A stretch of DNA of 51,771 nucleotides from a candidate division WOR-3 bacterium (GCA_014859085.1 JACUUY010000002.1:1-51771), one strand, 5' to 3'; positions 1 to 9,610 are shown, numbered from the stretch's first letter. The notes: generated from the sequence alone by a model not told the origin. Made by a program: numbers and translations.

Positions 1-2148
1 GCGATCTGCGTGCGTGCCGCTGACTATTTGGCAAAGGCCGGTAAATATGACGAAGCCATTAACTACTACCTTCAGGCGAATGCGCACAAAAAGATGATCG
101 CAATAATCAACGAGGTCGGTGCGGAATACACCAGCCAGGGCCGATGCGGCGTGCTCTGCGGTTACATCGAGCAGATCCCGGCAGCCGTGCGCGAGCGCAA
201 CCAGGACCTGCTGATCACGTATGCCCGGGCGCTGAACATCCTGGGGCGGCTCAAAGATTCGCGGCAGAACCTGCTTAAGGCCCTCCGGATCCTGAAGGAG
301 AAACGTGGCGCACGCTGCGGCCAGGCCGAAGTGCTGTACGCGCTGGGCGGGATCAGCACGACCGAGGGTAAATTCGCCTCGGCCATGCGTTACTACCGGG
401 ATGCTTTGCGCATGTGTCCCCGCGGTTCGAACCTGACGCGGGCTTCGATACTCAACTCGCTCGGCTCCCTGCACACGGCGCGCGGCGGGAGAGATCTCGT
501 ACGTGCCGTTCGTTACTTCGAAGAGGCATTCAATATCGCGCAGCGCAAGGGATATGGCGGTATCGAGGCGAGCATCCTCAACAACTGGGCAATGAGCGAG
601 TGGAAAATGGGCAATCTGAACGCGGCCCACGCAAAGATTTCGAGGATAACCAGTGTGCTGGCACAGCATTTCACGCCCGGCTGCGGCGCCGGTTTTTACA
701 ATGCGGCAAAACTGAGTCTTCTCGTCGGGCGTGAGCAGGAGGCGAGCGCGATACTCGACTCGGGCGTGAAGACGTGCAGTCCTTACAATGATCTATGGTC
801 GCTCGTTGTGCTGTGGACCGGTTACGGTCTTCTCTATCTTGACCGCGGAGATCTGGAAAAAGCGAAACAGCATGTCGGCCACGCGCTAAAGGCTGCAGAA
901 GAACTCGGCGTCGAACGTTTGATCATCGTGGCCCTGACTGAATTGTGCAAGATCGAAACAGAGATGCAGAATCATGCCGAAGCCGACGGGGCGGTGTCCC
1001 GGATCTGGCTTCTCAAGAAAGCACGCGACGATGCCGAATCGATACCGGCTCACCTCGCCGAGGCGAAATTGAAACTCAGTCAGGGTAGATTCGAGCATGC
1101 CGAGCAAATACTGGTACACGCCGGGTCCCTTGCCGTAAGGTTTGGTGATGTTTTCCACCAATTCCTCATCAATATGGAATCGAGCAAGTTGTTCAACCTG
1201 ACCGGAGATGCAAAGAGGTGCTGCGAGGTACTGCGCGAGGCGGTCAGCCTCAGCCGCGAAAAGGGTTATGATCATCTTCTTGCCAGGGAACTGAAACGCC
1301 AACCCTGGACGGTCCAGGCTATCCGCGAGCATGACATCGAGCAAGACTACGTTAGGTCAATGATCAAGCAGTCAAAAACCGGCATGCATTGGATTGATGC
1401 GTATCTCTTCGGCGTGCCCCGGGTAAGTATCGACGGCCGGCCGATCGAAGATGACACCTGGCCGACAATAAAGACGAAAAAACTCTTTTTCTACCTTCTC
1501 CAGCACTATGACGAAAAGGTGAGCAGCGACCGCCTGGTCGATGTGCTCTGGCCTGGCGCGTCGGCAACAAAAGGCAGTGCCAGCTTGCGCAAAGCCATGC
1601 AGTATATCAGAGAGGTCACCGGGTCGGTGCTGGGAAACAATGAAGAACTGGTGTCCGCGGTCCGCGGTCTGTACGAGATCGCTCCGGCTATTTCGATCGA
1701 TCTCGACACGAGTGTGTTCGACACGTTGTATAAGAACGTGCGGGATTCGAAGGACGACACTGAGCGGGTCGAGTTGCTCCAGAAGGCGATTGCGATCGGC
1801 CGCAAGGATTTCGCGGCTGGTTGGTACGATGACTGGACAGAAGAGCTGCGCCGTTATTATCGCGGCAAGTGTGAGGAATGTCTGGTCATGATGGCCGAGC
1901 TGTACTGCCGCCGGAAAGAATACAGTGAGGCGGTGAAGGTCTGCGAGACGTTGACAACTATCAACCCCCTTGATGAAACATACCATCGCTTGTTGATGCG
2001 CGCGCTGGCGCGGCTCGGTGAGTACCGCGACGTGGAACAGGTTTATCAGAGACTCAGGAAAAATCTGAGAAGAGAGCTGGATGTCGAACCCGGCAAAGAG
2101 ACCGCCGAATTGTACGAGTCACTCATGAGGTCCGCGACCGGCAATTAG
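1..2148 (+). CDS. TPR-repeat transcriptional regulator with C-terminal winged-helix plus BTAD (SARP/AfsR-like) domains; 5' end runs off the window
   Basis: The frame is open from base 1. The N-terminal part has TPR-like helical repeats (e.g. AEVLYALGGISTTEGKFASAMRYYRDAL). The C-terminal part has YLFGVPRVSIDGRPI...KTKKLFFYLL...RLVDVLWP (OmpR-type wHTH), followed by WTEELRRYYRGK...YHRLLMRALARLGEYRDVEQVYQRLRKNLRRELDVEPGKET (BTAD signature). Confidence 0.8.
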   Translation, partial: AICVRAADYLAKAGKYDEAINYYLQANAHKKMIAIINEVGAEYTSQGRCGVLCGYIEQIPAAVRERNQDLLITYARALNILGRLKDSRQNLLKALRILKEKRGARCGQAEVLYALGGISTTEGKFASAMRYYRDALRMCPRGSNLTRASILNSLGSLHTARGGRDLVRAVRYFEEAFNIAQRKGYGGIEASILNNWAMSEWKMGNLNAAHAKISRITSVLAQHFTPGCGAGFYNAAKLSLLVGREQEASAILDSGVKTCSPYNDLWSLVVLWTGYGLLYLDRGDLEKAKQHVGHALKAAEELGVERLIIVALTELCKIETEMQNHAEADGAVSRIWLLKKARDDAESIPAHLAEAKLKLSQGRFEHAEQILVHAGSLAVRFGDVFHQFLINMESSKLFNLTGDAKRCCEVLREAVSLSREKGYDHLLARELKRQPWTVQAIREHDIEQDYVRSMIKQSKTGMHWIDAYLFGVPRVSIDGRPIEDDTWPTIKTKKLFFYLLQHYDEKVSSDRLVDVLWPGASATKGSASLRKAMQYIREVTGSVLGNNEELVSAVRGLYEIAPAISIDLDTSVFDTLYKNVRDSKDDTERVELLQKAIAIGRKDFAAGWYDDWTEELRRYYRGKCEECLVMMAELYCRRKEYSEAVKVCETLTTINPLDETYHRLLMRALARLGEYRDVEQVYQRLRKNLRRELDVEPGKETAELYESLMRSATGN

Positions 2149-2152
2149 CCCG

Positions 2153-2173
2153 GGAATTTCACGAATTTTTCAC
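2153..2173 (+). promoter_or_regulatory. Tandem direct repeat GGAATTTCAC / GAATTTTTCAC, candidate activator (wHTH/BTAD) binding site
   Basis: TTTCAC occurs at 2157-2162 and 2168-2173, giving 11-bp phasing. The repeat lies a few nt after the regulator stop codon (TAG 2146-2148) and about 180 nt upstream of the 2353 start. No consensus -35/-10 pair is visible in the 2149-2352 spacer. Confidence 0.25.
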
Positions 2174-2352
2174 AACTCAACATTAAAATAGAGCATGGGG
2201 CGGGATAAGAATATGGTGTTGAAAGAAGACCGCCAGGGGTTTGAATGATACGAAAAAAACGTTCTTGAGTGGCCCGATGAGGGTTATCGTATTGCCTGGC
2301 GGTCTTTGTTGCTCCATGCTCCGTATCTGATAACCAGTACAGCGGAGGGTGT

Positions 2353-5340
2353 ATGCCGAAGGCAATGTTGTTGTTCACTGCAATAGCGAGCCTCTTTGGT
2401 CGAACGACTCTGGACGCACCAGGTGGACGGGACTATCAGATCTTCTGCCATAACATCAACAACGTCGAACTGTGCGTGAGCAATTATGGTACATTCGGCC
2501 GGAGTGAGACCGGAGCCGGATGCTGGTGGCCGATCGGATCGGGCCATAACTACATCTTTGGCGCGGGGCCATGGGTCGGCGCACGGGATACTGTCATTGG
2601 CGATACCCTGGTCACGATCGGCTACGGCCCGCACGGCGGCGAGAGCGAGTTCGCGCCCGGGCTCTGCGGCATGCCGGTCACTCACCCGGATGCGATAATC
2701 TACGTGCATCCGCAACCGTGGCCGCCGCCCTCGGCGATTTTCCCCATGGCGCCGCAAGAACCCGTGTCGCACCAGGATTCCTGGTGTTGCTACAATGATT
2801 GCGATCCTGTTTATCATATTCCTGGAGATACCAGACCGCTCGGCATCGAGGTTTATCAATCGGTGTATGTCTGGAATTTGACACTGCTGTGTGATGTCGC
2901 CTATCTCGTCTACACAATAAGAAACAAGAGCGGGCAGAACATGCGAGATTTCTACTTCGGGATATGCGCGGATAATGACATCGGTAACGAGGCCGGCGCC
3001 CTGGCCAATGATTGCTTCGGCTACATTCGCGGGCAATACTACGTGATCGACGGAGATTCGCTGTGGATCGACGATCTCGTTTATCAATGGCAGGAGGGCG
3101 AGGAACCGGGCACGCCGCCGTGGGTTGCCGGGGTCATCGGCTACGATCTCATTCAGACTCCGTTCGACCTGGTAGCGGGAATGGACAAGGACGGCGACGG
3201 TATCCTCGATCAATACGAAAGGGATAGTGCTTACTACGTCAACAATCTGCCGGTTGATAAGTGGGATGTTGACCGCGACGGCGTGCCGGATTGGCGCGAT
3301 CCTTCTCAGATCCCACAATTGGGGATGACCGCTCTGCAGGTGTTCACGCTGGAGCTCGAGCCGAATCTTGACTTTGAACGCTATCTAAGCTTGGCCGGCT
3401 ACAATTTCCGGACGATGGTATATGAACCCTTCCCGACGGTGCCGATCCAGGATCCTGGTGACATACGCTACGTGCAGTGCAGCGGTCCGTTTGAACTCTT
3501 GGCTGATTCAACCGTCACGGTTGCGCTTGCCCTTGTCTTTGCAAACTGGGAGGGCATATACATGGCACCCGACACGGCAGTAGCACGCGTCGATCACTGG
3601 GCGCAATATGTATTTGACCGGAACTGGTTCGTGCCGGGTCCGCCGCCAGCGCCAGGATTGACGCTCGTTCCCGGCGATGCGAAAGTGACACTGGTTTGGG
3701 ATAACGTGCCCGAGCAGGTCGGGGATTCGTGGTTCGATCTTGTCGGCGTTGACCCCACCTCCCCCTTGTACGATCCTTATTATCTTCAGTATGATTTTGA
3801 GGGGTATCGGGTCTGGAAGAGTTTGACCGGGCGGGCTGGCAGCTGGGAGTTGCTGGCTTCGTATGATCTGGCCAACGGCATTGTCTTTGAGGATCTGGAC
3901 TTTCAGCCGGAGCCGTTGCGGGCGACCGATGCCGGGGTCGCGCATGTCTTCACCGACAACGATGTGCGTAATGGTTTCCTGTACTATTACGCGGTGACGA
4001 GTTTCGATTACAACATGGTGAAGACGGTGGTGGGTGACAGTGTCTTCCCGACGCCGGTCTGGTTCGAGAGCGGCAAGACCGCGTTAAGCGCCGTGCCCCG
4101 CCGCGACCCGGCGAATTACCTGGCGCCGGGTGAACCGGTCATCGAGTGGCTGTCTGGAAACCAGAACATCGCAGAACTGGTGAGCGCAGCCGTTGCCTTT
4201 CCCATGGCGATCGATCCGGCTTATCCGCTCTACATCGAGTATCTGGCCCAGGACACGGCGACCCTGTTCAGTGTTGATACGCTCGGCAATCCCGTGCCTT
4301 ATGACGGCGCGCAATACACCGCGCTCCTGAAGGATGGCCACGCGATCCTCGACACGATCCGTTATGCGGTGAAGATCGGGGCCGGTTATATACCGCACGA
4401 GATCGCGCCGCCGCGCAACGGGCTGCTCATCCGTCCGGATATCGGCACGCCCGAGCTGCCGGCCGGGTTCGCGGTTTTCGACACGGTTGAGATCGTTACC
4501 GGCAGCTATCCGGCGGGTTTCCTCGTTGCCGATATTGTCGCGCCCTTGCCCCAGGCCGCGGACAGCGCGGACACGCTCTATGACCGGGGCATATGGGCGT
4601 GGCGGGGCAATGACTATGAAGTCGTCTGGCGCCGCAAGGATCCGGGCGGGCCCGTGAACACGGTCGAGGTCAGGGACCTTGCGACCGGGATGGCGATACC
4701 CTATGCTACATTTCAGAACAATTCAGCAACGCGCCACCTCGGCGCGGGTTGGTGCTTTACCTGGCATGGCAGTCTGGGCCAGGTATGGACAAAGCAATCG
4801 CGCGATACGCTCCAGGCGCTCGGTTTGACCACGGAGCGGACGCGTTATCTCTATATCGACGGTGGTGTTGTGGGCTTGCGGAACAACCAGTATGTCCTTG
4901 ACACGATCCGGCCGGTCGAAGGTGAGACCTGGATCATCCGAGCCAATTCAGCATACCTCCCGGCTTCGGTCTACGGTTCGGTCAGGATCACGGCAACGCC
5001 GGCCGTTTTGACCGAAACGGCGGCGACACTCAACGTCAAGGTCGTGCCCAATCCCTACATCATTGCCAACGAATGGCAAACCCGGTCTGTTCAGCGCCGG
5101 GTGAGGTTCATCAACCTGCCCAATGAATGCACGATCAGGATATTCAATCTGAACGGTGAACTGGTGCGGACGCTCAAGCACCGGGAGACATCGGCGGGCG
5201 GTGTGCCCAATGATCTGGGCGGTGACGAGTGGTGGAATGTCCTGAACGATTTTGACCAGCTCGTCGCAAGCGGCGTCTACATATTCCACGTCCAGTCCGA
5301 CGTCGGCGAGCAGGTCGGTAAGTTCGTGATTGTCAACTGA
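2353..5340 (+). CDS. Large secreted protein of unknown function with TSP3-type Ca-binding repeats and a T9SS (Por) C-terminal sorting domain
   Basis: SD GGAGG precedes the ATG. The N-terminal signal peptide is MPKAMLLFTAIASLFG. Ca-binding motifs are DKDGDGILDQYE and DVDRDGVPDWRD. The C-terminal tail is VVPNPYII...CTIRIFNLNGELVRTL...ASGVYIFHVQ...GKFVIVN. The N-terminal ~430 aa are paralogous to the next gene. Confidence 0.85.
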   Translation: MPKAMLLFTAIASLFGRTTLDAPGGRDYQIFCHNINNVELCVSNYGTFGRSETGAGCWWPIGSGHNYIFGAGPWVGARDTVIGDTLVTIGYGPHGGESEFAPGLCGMPVTHPDAIIYVHPQPWPPPSAIFPMAPQEPVSHQDSWCCYNDCDPVYHIPGDTRPLGIEVYQSVYVWNLTLLCDVAYLVYTIRNKSGQNMRDFYFGICADNDIGNEAGALANDCFGYIRGQYYVIDGDSLWIDDLVYQWQEGEEPGTPPWVAGVIGYDLIQTPFDLVAGMDKDGDGILDQYERDSAYYVNNLPVDKWDVDRDGVPDWRDPSQIPQLGMTALQVFTLELEPNLDFERYLSLAGYNFRTMVYEPFPTVPIQDPGDIRYVQCSGPFELLADSTVTVALALVFANWEGIYMAPDTAVARVDHWAQYVFDRNWFVPGPPPAPGLTLVPGDAKVTLVWDNVPEQVGDSWFDLVGVDPTSPLYDPYYLQYDFEGYRVWKSLTGRAGSWELLASYDLANGIVFEDLDFQPEPLRATDAGVAHVFTDNDVRNGFLYYYAVTSFDYNMVKTVVGDSVFPTPVWFESGKTALSAVPRRDPANYLAPGEPVIEWLSGNQNIAELVSAAVAFPMAIDPAYPLYIEYLAQDTATLFSVDTLGNPVPYDGAQYTALLKDGHAILDTIRYAVKIGAGYIPHEIAPPRNGLLIRPDIGTPELPAGFAVFDTVEIVTGSYPAGFLVADIVAPLPQAADSADTLYDRGIWAWRGNDYEVVWRRKDPGGPVNTVEVRDLATGMAIPYATFQNNSATRHLGAGWCFTWHGSLGQVWTKQSRDTLQALGLTTERTRYLYIDGGVVGLRNNQYVLDTIRPVEGETWIIRANSAYLPASVYGSVRITATPAVLTETAATLNVKVVPNPYIIANEWQTRSVQRRVRFINLPNECTIRIFNLNGELVRTLKHRETSAGGVPNDLGGDEWWNVLNDFDQLVASGVYIFHVQSDVGEQVGKFVIVN

Positions 5341-5356
5341 TCGAGATAGACGGTAC

Positions 5357-5386
5357 TTGACACATCGCAGATTCTGGTGAGAATAT
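5357..5386 (+). promoter_or_regulatory. Candidate sigma70-type promoter for the second paralog
   Basis: TTGACA lies at 5357-5362, and TGaGAATAT (an extended -10-like box) ends at 5386. The spacer is 18 nt, which is weaker than the other promoters in the window. Confidence 0.3.
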
Positions 5387-5420
5387 TCAGTATAGTCTAG
5401 AGAGATTGGCTGGAGGGCAT

Positions 5421-6998
5421 ATGGAGAAATACGCGGTTGTTGCGTGTATTACCATTTCCCTGGCGACCGGGTCGGCAGAGTCTTCTCAACCGTCCAGGGC
5501 CTGGCAGATAGTAAGGCATGATACCAATCGGGTCGAGATGTGCATTTCCAACTACGGCAAATTCGGACAGAGTGAAGTCGGGGGCAGCGGCTGCTGGTGG
5601 CCTGCCGGATCGAACCATACCTACATTTATGGTGCAGGTTTATGGTTCGGCACGATCGATTCTCTGACCGGCGATACACTGGTGACGATCGGCTACGGAC
5701 CGCACGGCGGCGAGCATGAGTTCGCTCCCGGGCTTTGGAGTTGGCCGCCCGACCATCCCTGCGCGATCATATACATCCATCCGGAAAACTGGCCCCCACC
5801 GGGAGATACATTTCCCATGGCCCCTCAAGTCACGGTCTCCCACGAAGATTCATGGTGTTGTTTTAACGACTCCAATCCTGACTATCACGTTATCGGCGAC
5901 ACGCGGCCGATCGGCATCGAGGTCTATCAGACCGTGTACGCATGGGACGCTCCCGATATAGAAGACATAATTTTCTTCACGTACGAGGTGAAGAATGTCT
6001 CGGGGCACAGGCTCAACGACTGTATTATCGGCGTCGCGGCCGATTGCGACATCGGCAATGAAGCCGGAGCATATGCGAATGACCGATGCACGGGCATTGT
6101 ATGTCGTGAGTATGTCATTGACGGCGATACGATCGTCGTGGATGATGTTGCCTACCAGTGGCAGGAGACAGAGGAACCAGGCGCACCACCCTGGTTTCCG
6201 GGTGTTATCGGCTTCGATCTGCTCCAGACTCCGTTCGACCTTGTTGCGGGCATGGATAAGGATGGCGACGGGATCCCGGATGAGTATGAGCGGGACAGCG
6301 CATACTATGTGAATAACCTGCCTCTGTACATGTGGGACGTGGATAATGACGGTGTTCCGGACTGGCGCGACCCCTCGCAGTGGCCGCAGGTGGGCATGTC
6401 CGCGTTCAAGAAGTTCACGCTCAGCTCTGATCCGCTGATTGATGCAGAGCGGTATTCAGTCATGGCCGGGTATAATTTTGTGACGGGTCAATACGAACCT
6501 TACGATACGTTGATACCCGATCCGGAAGACCAGCGGTTTCTGCTTGCGAGCGGACCGTTCGATCTGGAACCCGATTCTGTTGTCACGCTCGTCTTTGCCG
6601 TGATGTTCGCCGACTGGCACGGCATATATCTGCGGCCGGACACGGCGCTGGCGCTGATCGATAAGTGGGCCGAGGATTACTACAACATGTACTGGTACCT
6701 GTACACGGGAGTGGAAGAGGATTTCGAATTGCGAATTTCGAATTGCGGATTGAGCATTACGCCAAATCCGGTTATGGGTTACGGTACTGTCCGATATGCA
6801 CTTCCCCGCACCGGGCATGTCACCCTGAGAATGTACAACTCCCTGGGTCAGGTAGTGGAGACGGTCTATGACGGCGTCAGGCCGGCGGGTGTTCACGAGC
6901 ACCATATTAACACGCGGGGACTGCCCCAGGGCGCGTATTTCCTCGTTCTGGAGACACCGGCGGCGAGAGAAAGACGGTCGCTTGTTGTTGTACGTTAG
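5421..6998 (+). CDS. Secreted paralog of the 2353-5340 protein (same N-terminal module, TSP3-type repeats, T9SS C-terminal tail)
   Basis: I prefer the ATG at 5421 (GGAGG 5412-5416) over the TTG at 5406. Shared blocks include CISNYGKFGQSE, GCWWPAGSNHTYIYGAGLWFG, TIGYGPHGGEHEFAPGL, SHEDSWCCFND, MDKDGDGIPDEYERDSAYYVNNLP and DVDNDGVPDWRDPSQ. The C-terminal tail is ITPNPVMGYGTVRYALPRTGHVTLRMYNSLGQVV...GAYFLVL. Confidence 0.85.
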   Translation: MEKYAVVACITISLATGSAESSQPSRAWQIVRHDTNRVEMCISNYGKFGQSEVGGSGCWWPAGSNHTYIYGAGLWFGTIDSLTGDTLVTIGYGPHGGEHEFAPGLWSWPPDHPCAIIYIHPENWPPPGDTFPMAPQVTVSHEDSWCCFNDSNPDYHVIGDTRPIGIEVYQTVYAWDAPDIEDIIFFTYEVKNVSGHRLNDCIIGVAADCDIGNEAGAYANDRCTGIVCREYVIDGDTIVVDDVAYQWQETEEPGAPPWFPGVIGFDLLQTPFDLVAGMDKDGDGIPDEYERDSAYYVNNLPLYMWDVDNDGVPDWRDPSQWPQVGMSAFKKFTLSSDPLIDAERYSVMAGYNFVTGQYEPYDTLIPDPEDQRFLLASGPFDLEPDSVVTLVFAVMFADWHGIYLRPDTALALIDKWAEDYYNMYWYLYTGVEEDFELRISNCGLSITPNPVMGYGTVRYALPRTGHVTLRMYNSLGQVVETVYDGVRPAGVHEHHINTRGLPQGAYFLVLETPAARERRSLVVVR

Positions 6999-7008
6999 GG
7001 GAGAGGTC

Positions 7009-8208
7009 TTACTTCCTGGCTACTCTGAGGAATTTGTGTTTGCCGGCGCGCAGCACGACCGGCTGTTTCAGGTCGACAACGTAGTTGATATCATCGATGC
7101 GCACGCCGTCGACATCGATCGCGCCTTCGCGGATCTTGCGCTTGGCTTCGCCCCTTGAACTCATCAGTTTACACTCGACCAGCAGGTCAACGATGCTCAT
7201 ACTTGCTTTCGCCACTTTGTGCTCATCGATCTTCTCGGGCAGTTCGCGCTGGGTGAACACGCGCTGAAAATCCTCGGCGGTTTTCTGAGCGGCTTGTGCC
7301 GAGTGGTACATGCGCACGAGCGTCTTTGCCAGGTCGAGCTTGGCGTCGCGCGGGTTCATCGAACCGTCCTCAAGGGCCATGTGGTATTCCTCGACGCGAT
7401 GAGGAAAGGCGTCGGTCGCCAGCCGGAAATATTTTACGATCAGTTCGTCAGGCAGAGACATGATCTTGCCGAGCATCTGCTTCGGCGTTTCGGTTATCCC
7501 GATGTAATTGTTGAAACTCTTGCTCATTTTCCGGATGCCGTCCAGACCCTCTAGGATCGGCATCATCAAGACCACCTGCGGCTCCATGCTGGATTCGCGC
7601 ATCAGTTCGCGACCCACGAGCAAATTGAATTTCTGGTCGGTGCCGCCGAGCTCGACATCGGACTTTATCGCCACCGAATCATAGCCCTGACAGAGCGGGT
7701 AGAGGATCTCGTGCATGTAAACGGGCAGGCCGTCCTTGAGCCGCTGCGAAAAATCGTCCCGCTCCAGGATGCGTGCGACCGTGTACTTCGATGCCAGTTC
7801 CACCAGGTCATACATTGACAGGGCGCCGAGCCATTTGCTGTTGAGGACGAACTCGGTCCGTTGCGGGTCGAGGATCCGGAATATCTGCTCCTTGTATTTC
7901 ACCATGTTCTTCTGGACCTGCTGCTTGGTCAGTTTGGGCCGCGTCTTGGATACACCGCTCGGGTCGCCGATCATACCGGTGAAGTCGCCCACGACCATGA
8001 CCGCGGTGTGGCCGAGGTCCTGGAATTGCCTCAGTTTGCGCAGGACAACGCTGAAACCGATGTGTATTTCCGGACCAGACGGGTCGATCCCGAGTTTGAC
8101 ACGCAACCGGCGTTTCGCCTTCAGTTTGTGCAGGAGTTCTTTTTCGGAGATCAGTTCGGCGATGCCGGCCTTGATGATCTCCAGCTGTTTATCGGCGTCG
8201 ATTGCCAT
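7009..8208 (-). CDS. tyrS: Tyrosine--tRNA ligase
   Basis: The HIGH-type motif is PSGPEIHIGF and the KMSKS motif is RKMSKS. The C-terminal S4-like RNA-binding domain reads SRGEAKRKIREGAIDVDGVRI. The gene overlaps the 3' end of the upstream radical SAM gene by 20 nt. Confidence 0.95.
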   Translation of the reverse strand: MAIDADKQLEIIKAGIAELISEKELLHKLKAKRRLRVKLGIDPSGPEIHIGFSVVLRKLRQFQDLGHTAVMVVGDFTGMIGDPSGVSKTRPKLTKQQVQKNMVKYKEQIFRILDPQRTEFVLNSKWLGALSMYDLVELASKYTVARILERDDFSQRLKDGLPVYMHEILYPLCQGYDSVAIKSDVELGGTDQKFNLLVGRELMRESSMEPQVVLMMPILEGLDGIRKMSKSFNNYIGITETPKQMLGKIMSLPDELIVKYFRLATDAFPHRVEEYHMALEDGSMNPRDAKLDLAKTLVRMYHSAQAAQKTAEDFQRVFTQRELPEKIDEHKVAKASMSIVDLLVECKLMSSRGEAKRKIREGAIDVDGVRIDDINYVVDLKQPVVLRAGKHKFLRVARK

Positions 8209-9610
8209 TCAGATAGATATCCTTCCAGATGGGCGTCGTCCTCTTGGCTAATTCCCGGTCATAGTCATCCATTTTTCTTTCATACTCGGCGTCTTTGATG
8301 ATCGCCGCGGTCACCTCGTCGGAGGGTGTGGCTTTTGTGTCGAGCACGAATTTCTTTGCCATCCGGTAATGGTCGCGGATCGGACAGGGCCGGAGCAGAT
8401 CGCCTTCTTTCCAGTACTTAAACTGCCAGTCCCGGATATGCGAGTAGAGAGGCAGGTCGACGAGGTCATTGAGGTTGCCGCCCCTGGCGTATATCTCGTC
8501 CATGTTCGCCGCCGCGTAGGGGAAGAACACGCAGGGATAGACTTTTGCCTGCCAGTCAATATAGAAATACCCACCTGGCCTGCCGGCCGATATGCAGCCG
8601 TCAGTGACCGGCCCGTGGTTCCAGAAATCGACGAACATGATCTTGCGTTTCTTAACTATTTCCCAGGATTTTTCCCACAGCATGACGCGCTGGTCCGGGG
8701 TCGGGATCAGGTCCGGGTCCACATCGCGGCCGATCGGCATGTAATGAAAGACCCATGCATAAGCCGCGCCCAGTTCGTTAAAGTAGTAATCAATGAATTT
8801 ATCCGAGACGATCTCCTCGGCATTGTGCCGGGTTGCCGTGACCGATATGCCGTACAGCACGCGGTGCTTCTTCAGTATCTGCATGGCGCGCGTGATCTTC
8901 TCGAAAACACCTTTACCGCGGCGCTGTTCAGTGACTTCCTGCATTCCTTCCACGGATATCGCCGGGGTGATATTGCCCAGGTCGTATAACTCGCCGGCGA
9001 CCCGGTCGCTTATCAGCGTGCCGTTCGTGTACATCAGGAACAGAGAGTCCGGGTGTTCGCGGTAGATATCCAGCACGCCTTTGCCGTGCCACTTGTACAT
9101 CAATGGCTCGCCGCCCGAGACAGTGACGAACCGCGCGCCCCAGAGCTCACGCATTTCCTCGATGATCCTGGTGAACGTTCCGTAGTCGAGCTGGTCCTTC
9201 TCCGACGCGGAGTTCGCATAACACCCGCGGCAGCGCAGGTTGCATCGCTTTGCCGGCGAGATGACCATGAAGCCGGGCGGATCAAAGCCGAATTTGCCCC
9301 GGAATTCTATTTCTTTTTTCATGCGCAGATCGCTGAGCATCGCTTTGCTGATGACCGTGCTCGCAAACTTCGAGGATGCGCCGATCTTCATGCTGGAATA
9401 TGCCATTGAACGAAACATGTAGTATTTGTCTTCCATCACGCCGGGCCACGTGACCGGACCTGGCACGCGGTTGAGCGCGCTCTTGATGCCCTTTTCTATT
9501 ACCGGGAACACGACGTGGTCGAAAAGAAGTGTATGTGATGTGTTAAATGCGATCTTCAGCATGTTGGTCACGAGCATATTATTCAATTTGATCTTCGATT
9601 CATTCTTCAT
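8189..9610 (-). CDS. Radical SAM protein (473 aa) with N-terminal ~110-aa extension and a 3-Cys twitch-like C-terminal region; substrate unknown
   Basis: The CX3CX2C motif is AKRCNLRCRGCYANS, followed by FVTVSGGEPLM. Only three further Cys are present (DGCISAG, KVYPCVFF, LRPCPIRD). The N-terminus is amphipathic or hydrophobic. Confidence 0.85.
   Translation of the reverse strand: MKNESKIKLNNMLVTNMLKIAFNTSHTLLFDHVVFPVIEKGIKSALNRVPGPVTWPGVMEDKYYMFRSMAYSSMKIGASSKFASTVISKAMLSDLRMKKEIEFRGKFGFDPPGFMVISPAKRCNLRCRGCYANSASEKDQLDYGTFTRIIEEMRELWGARFVTVSGGEPLMYKWHGKGVLDIYREHPDSLFLMYTNGTLISDRVAGELYDLGNITPAISVEGMQEVTEQRRGKGVFEKITRAMQILKKHRVLYGISVTATRHNAEEIVSDKFIDYYFNELGAAYAWVFHYMPIGRDVDPDLIPTPDQRVMLWEKSWEIVKKRKIMFVDFWNHGPVTDGCISAGRPGGYFYIDWQAKVYPCVFFPYAAANMDEIYARGGNLNDLVDLPLYSHIRDWQFKYWKEGDLLRPCPIRDHYRMAKKFVLDTKATPSDEVTAAIIKDAEYERKMDDYDRELAKRTTPIWKDIYLNGNRRR

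Noticed and set aside
418-446. A GGTTCGAA-containing hairpin (CCCGCG-gttcgaacctga-CGCGGG) resembling a tRNA T-arm.
   Set aside because: It lies inside the regulator coding frame. No acceptor, D or anticodon arms can be drawn around it, and the stem and loop lengths do not fit a T-arm.
2284-3318. Long antisense ORFs in general: 2284-3318(-), 11359-12198(+), 14019-14741(+), 15322-16071(+), 39372-40112(-), 44911-45627(+), and many shorter ones in the track.
   Set aside because: Of those whose register I checked (all listed except 15322-16071), each sits in the codon-aligned antisense frame of a well-supported gene. They have no start-site signals (SD or promoter) and no recognisable domains. 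I treat them as shadow ORFs caused by codon bias.
9461-9476. A TGGCAC-N5-TTGAGC sigma54-like -24/-12 element.
   Set aside because: The -12 GC dinucleotide is missing. It is on the plus strand inside a minus-strand coding region, with no plus-strand gene downstream.
8189-9610. The 473-aa radical SAM protein as a tetraether/membrane-spanning lipid synthase (Tes/GDGT-MAS-like) or as HydG.
   Set aside because: It has only six Cys in total (one CX3CX2C plus three others). That is too few for the multi-cluster Tes-type enzymes as I remember them, and the motif is not the ThiH/HydG-type CX3CXYC. No lipid or [FeFe]-hydrogenase genes are nearby. I left it unassigned.
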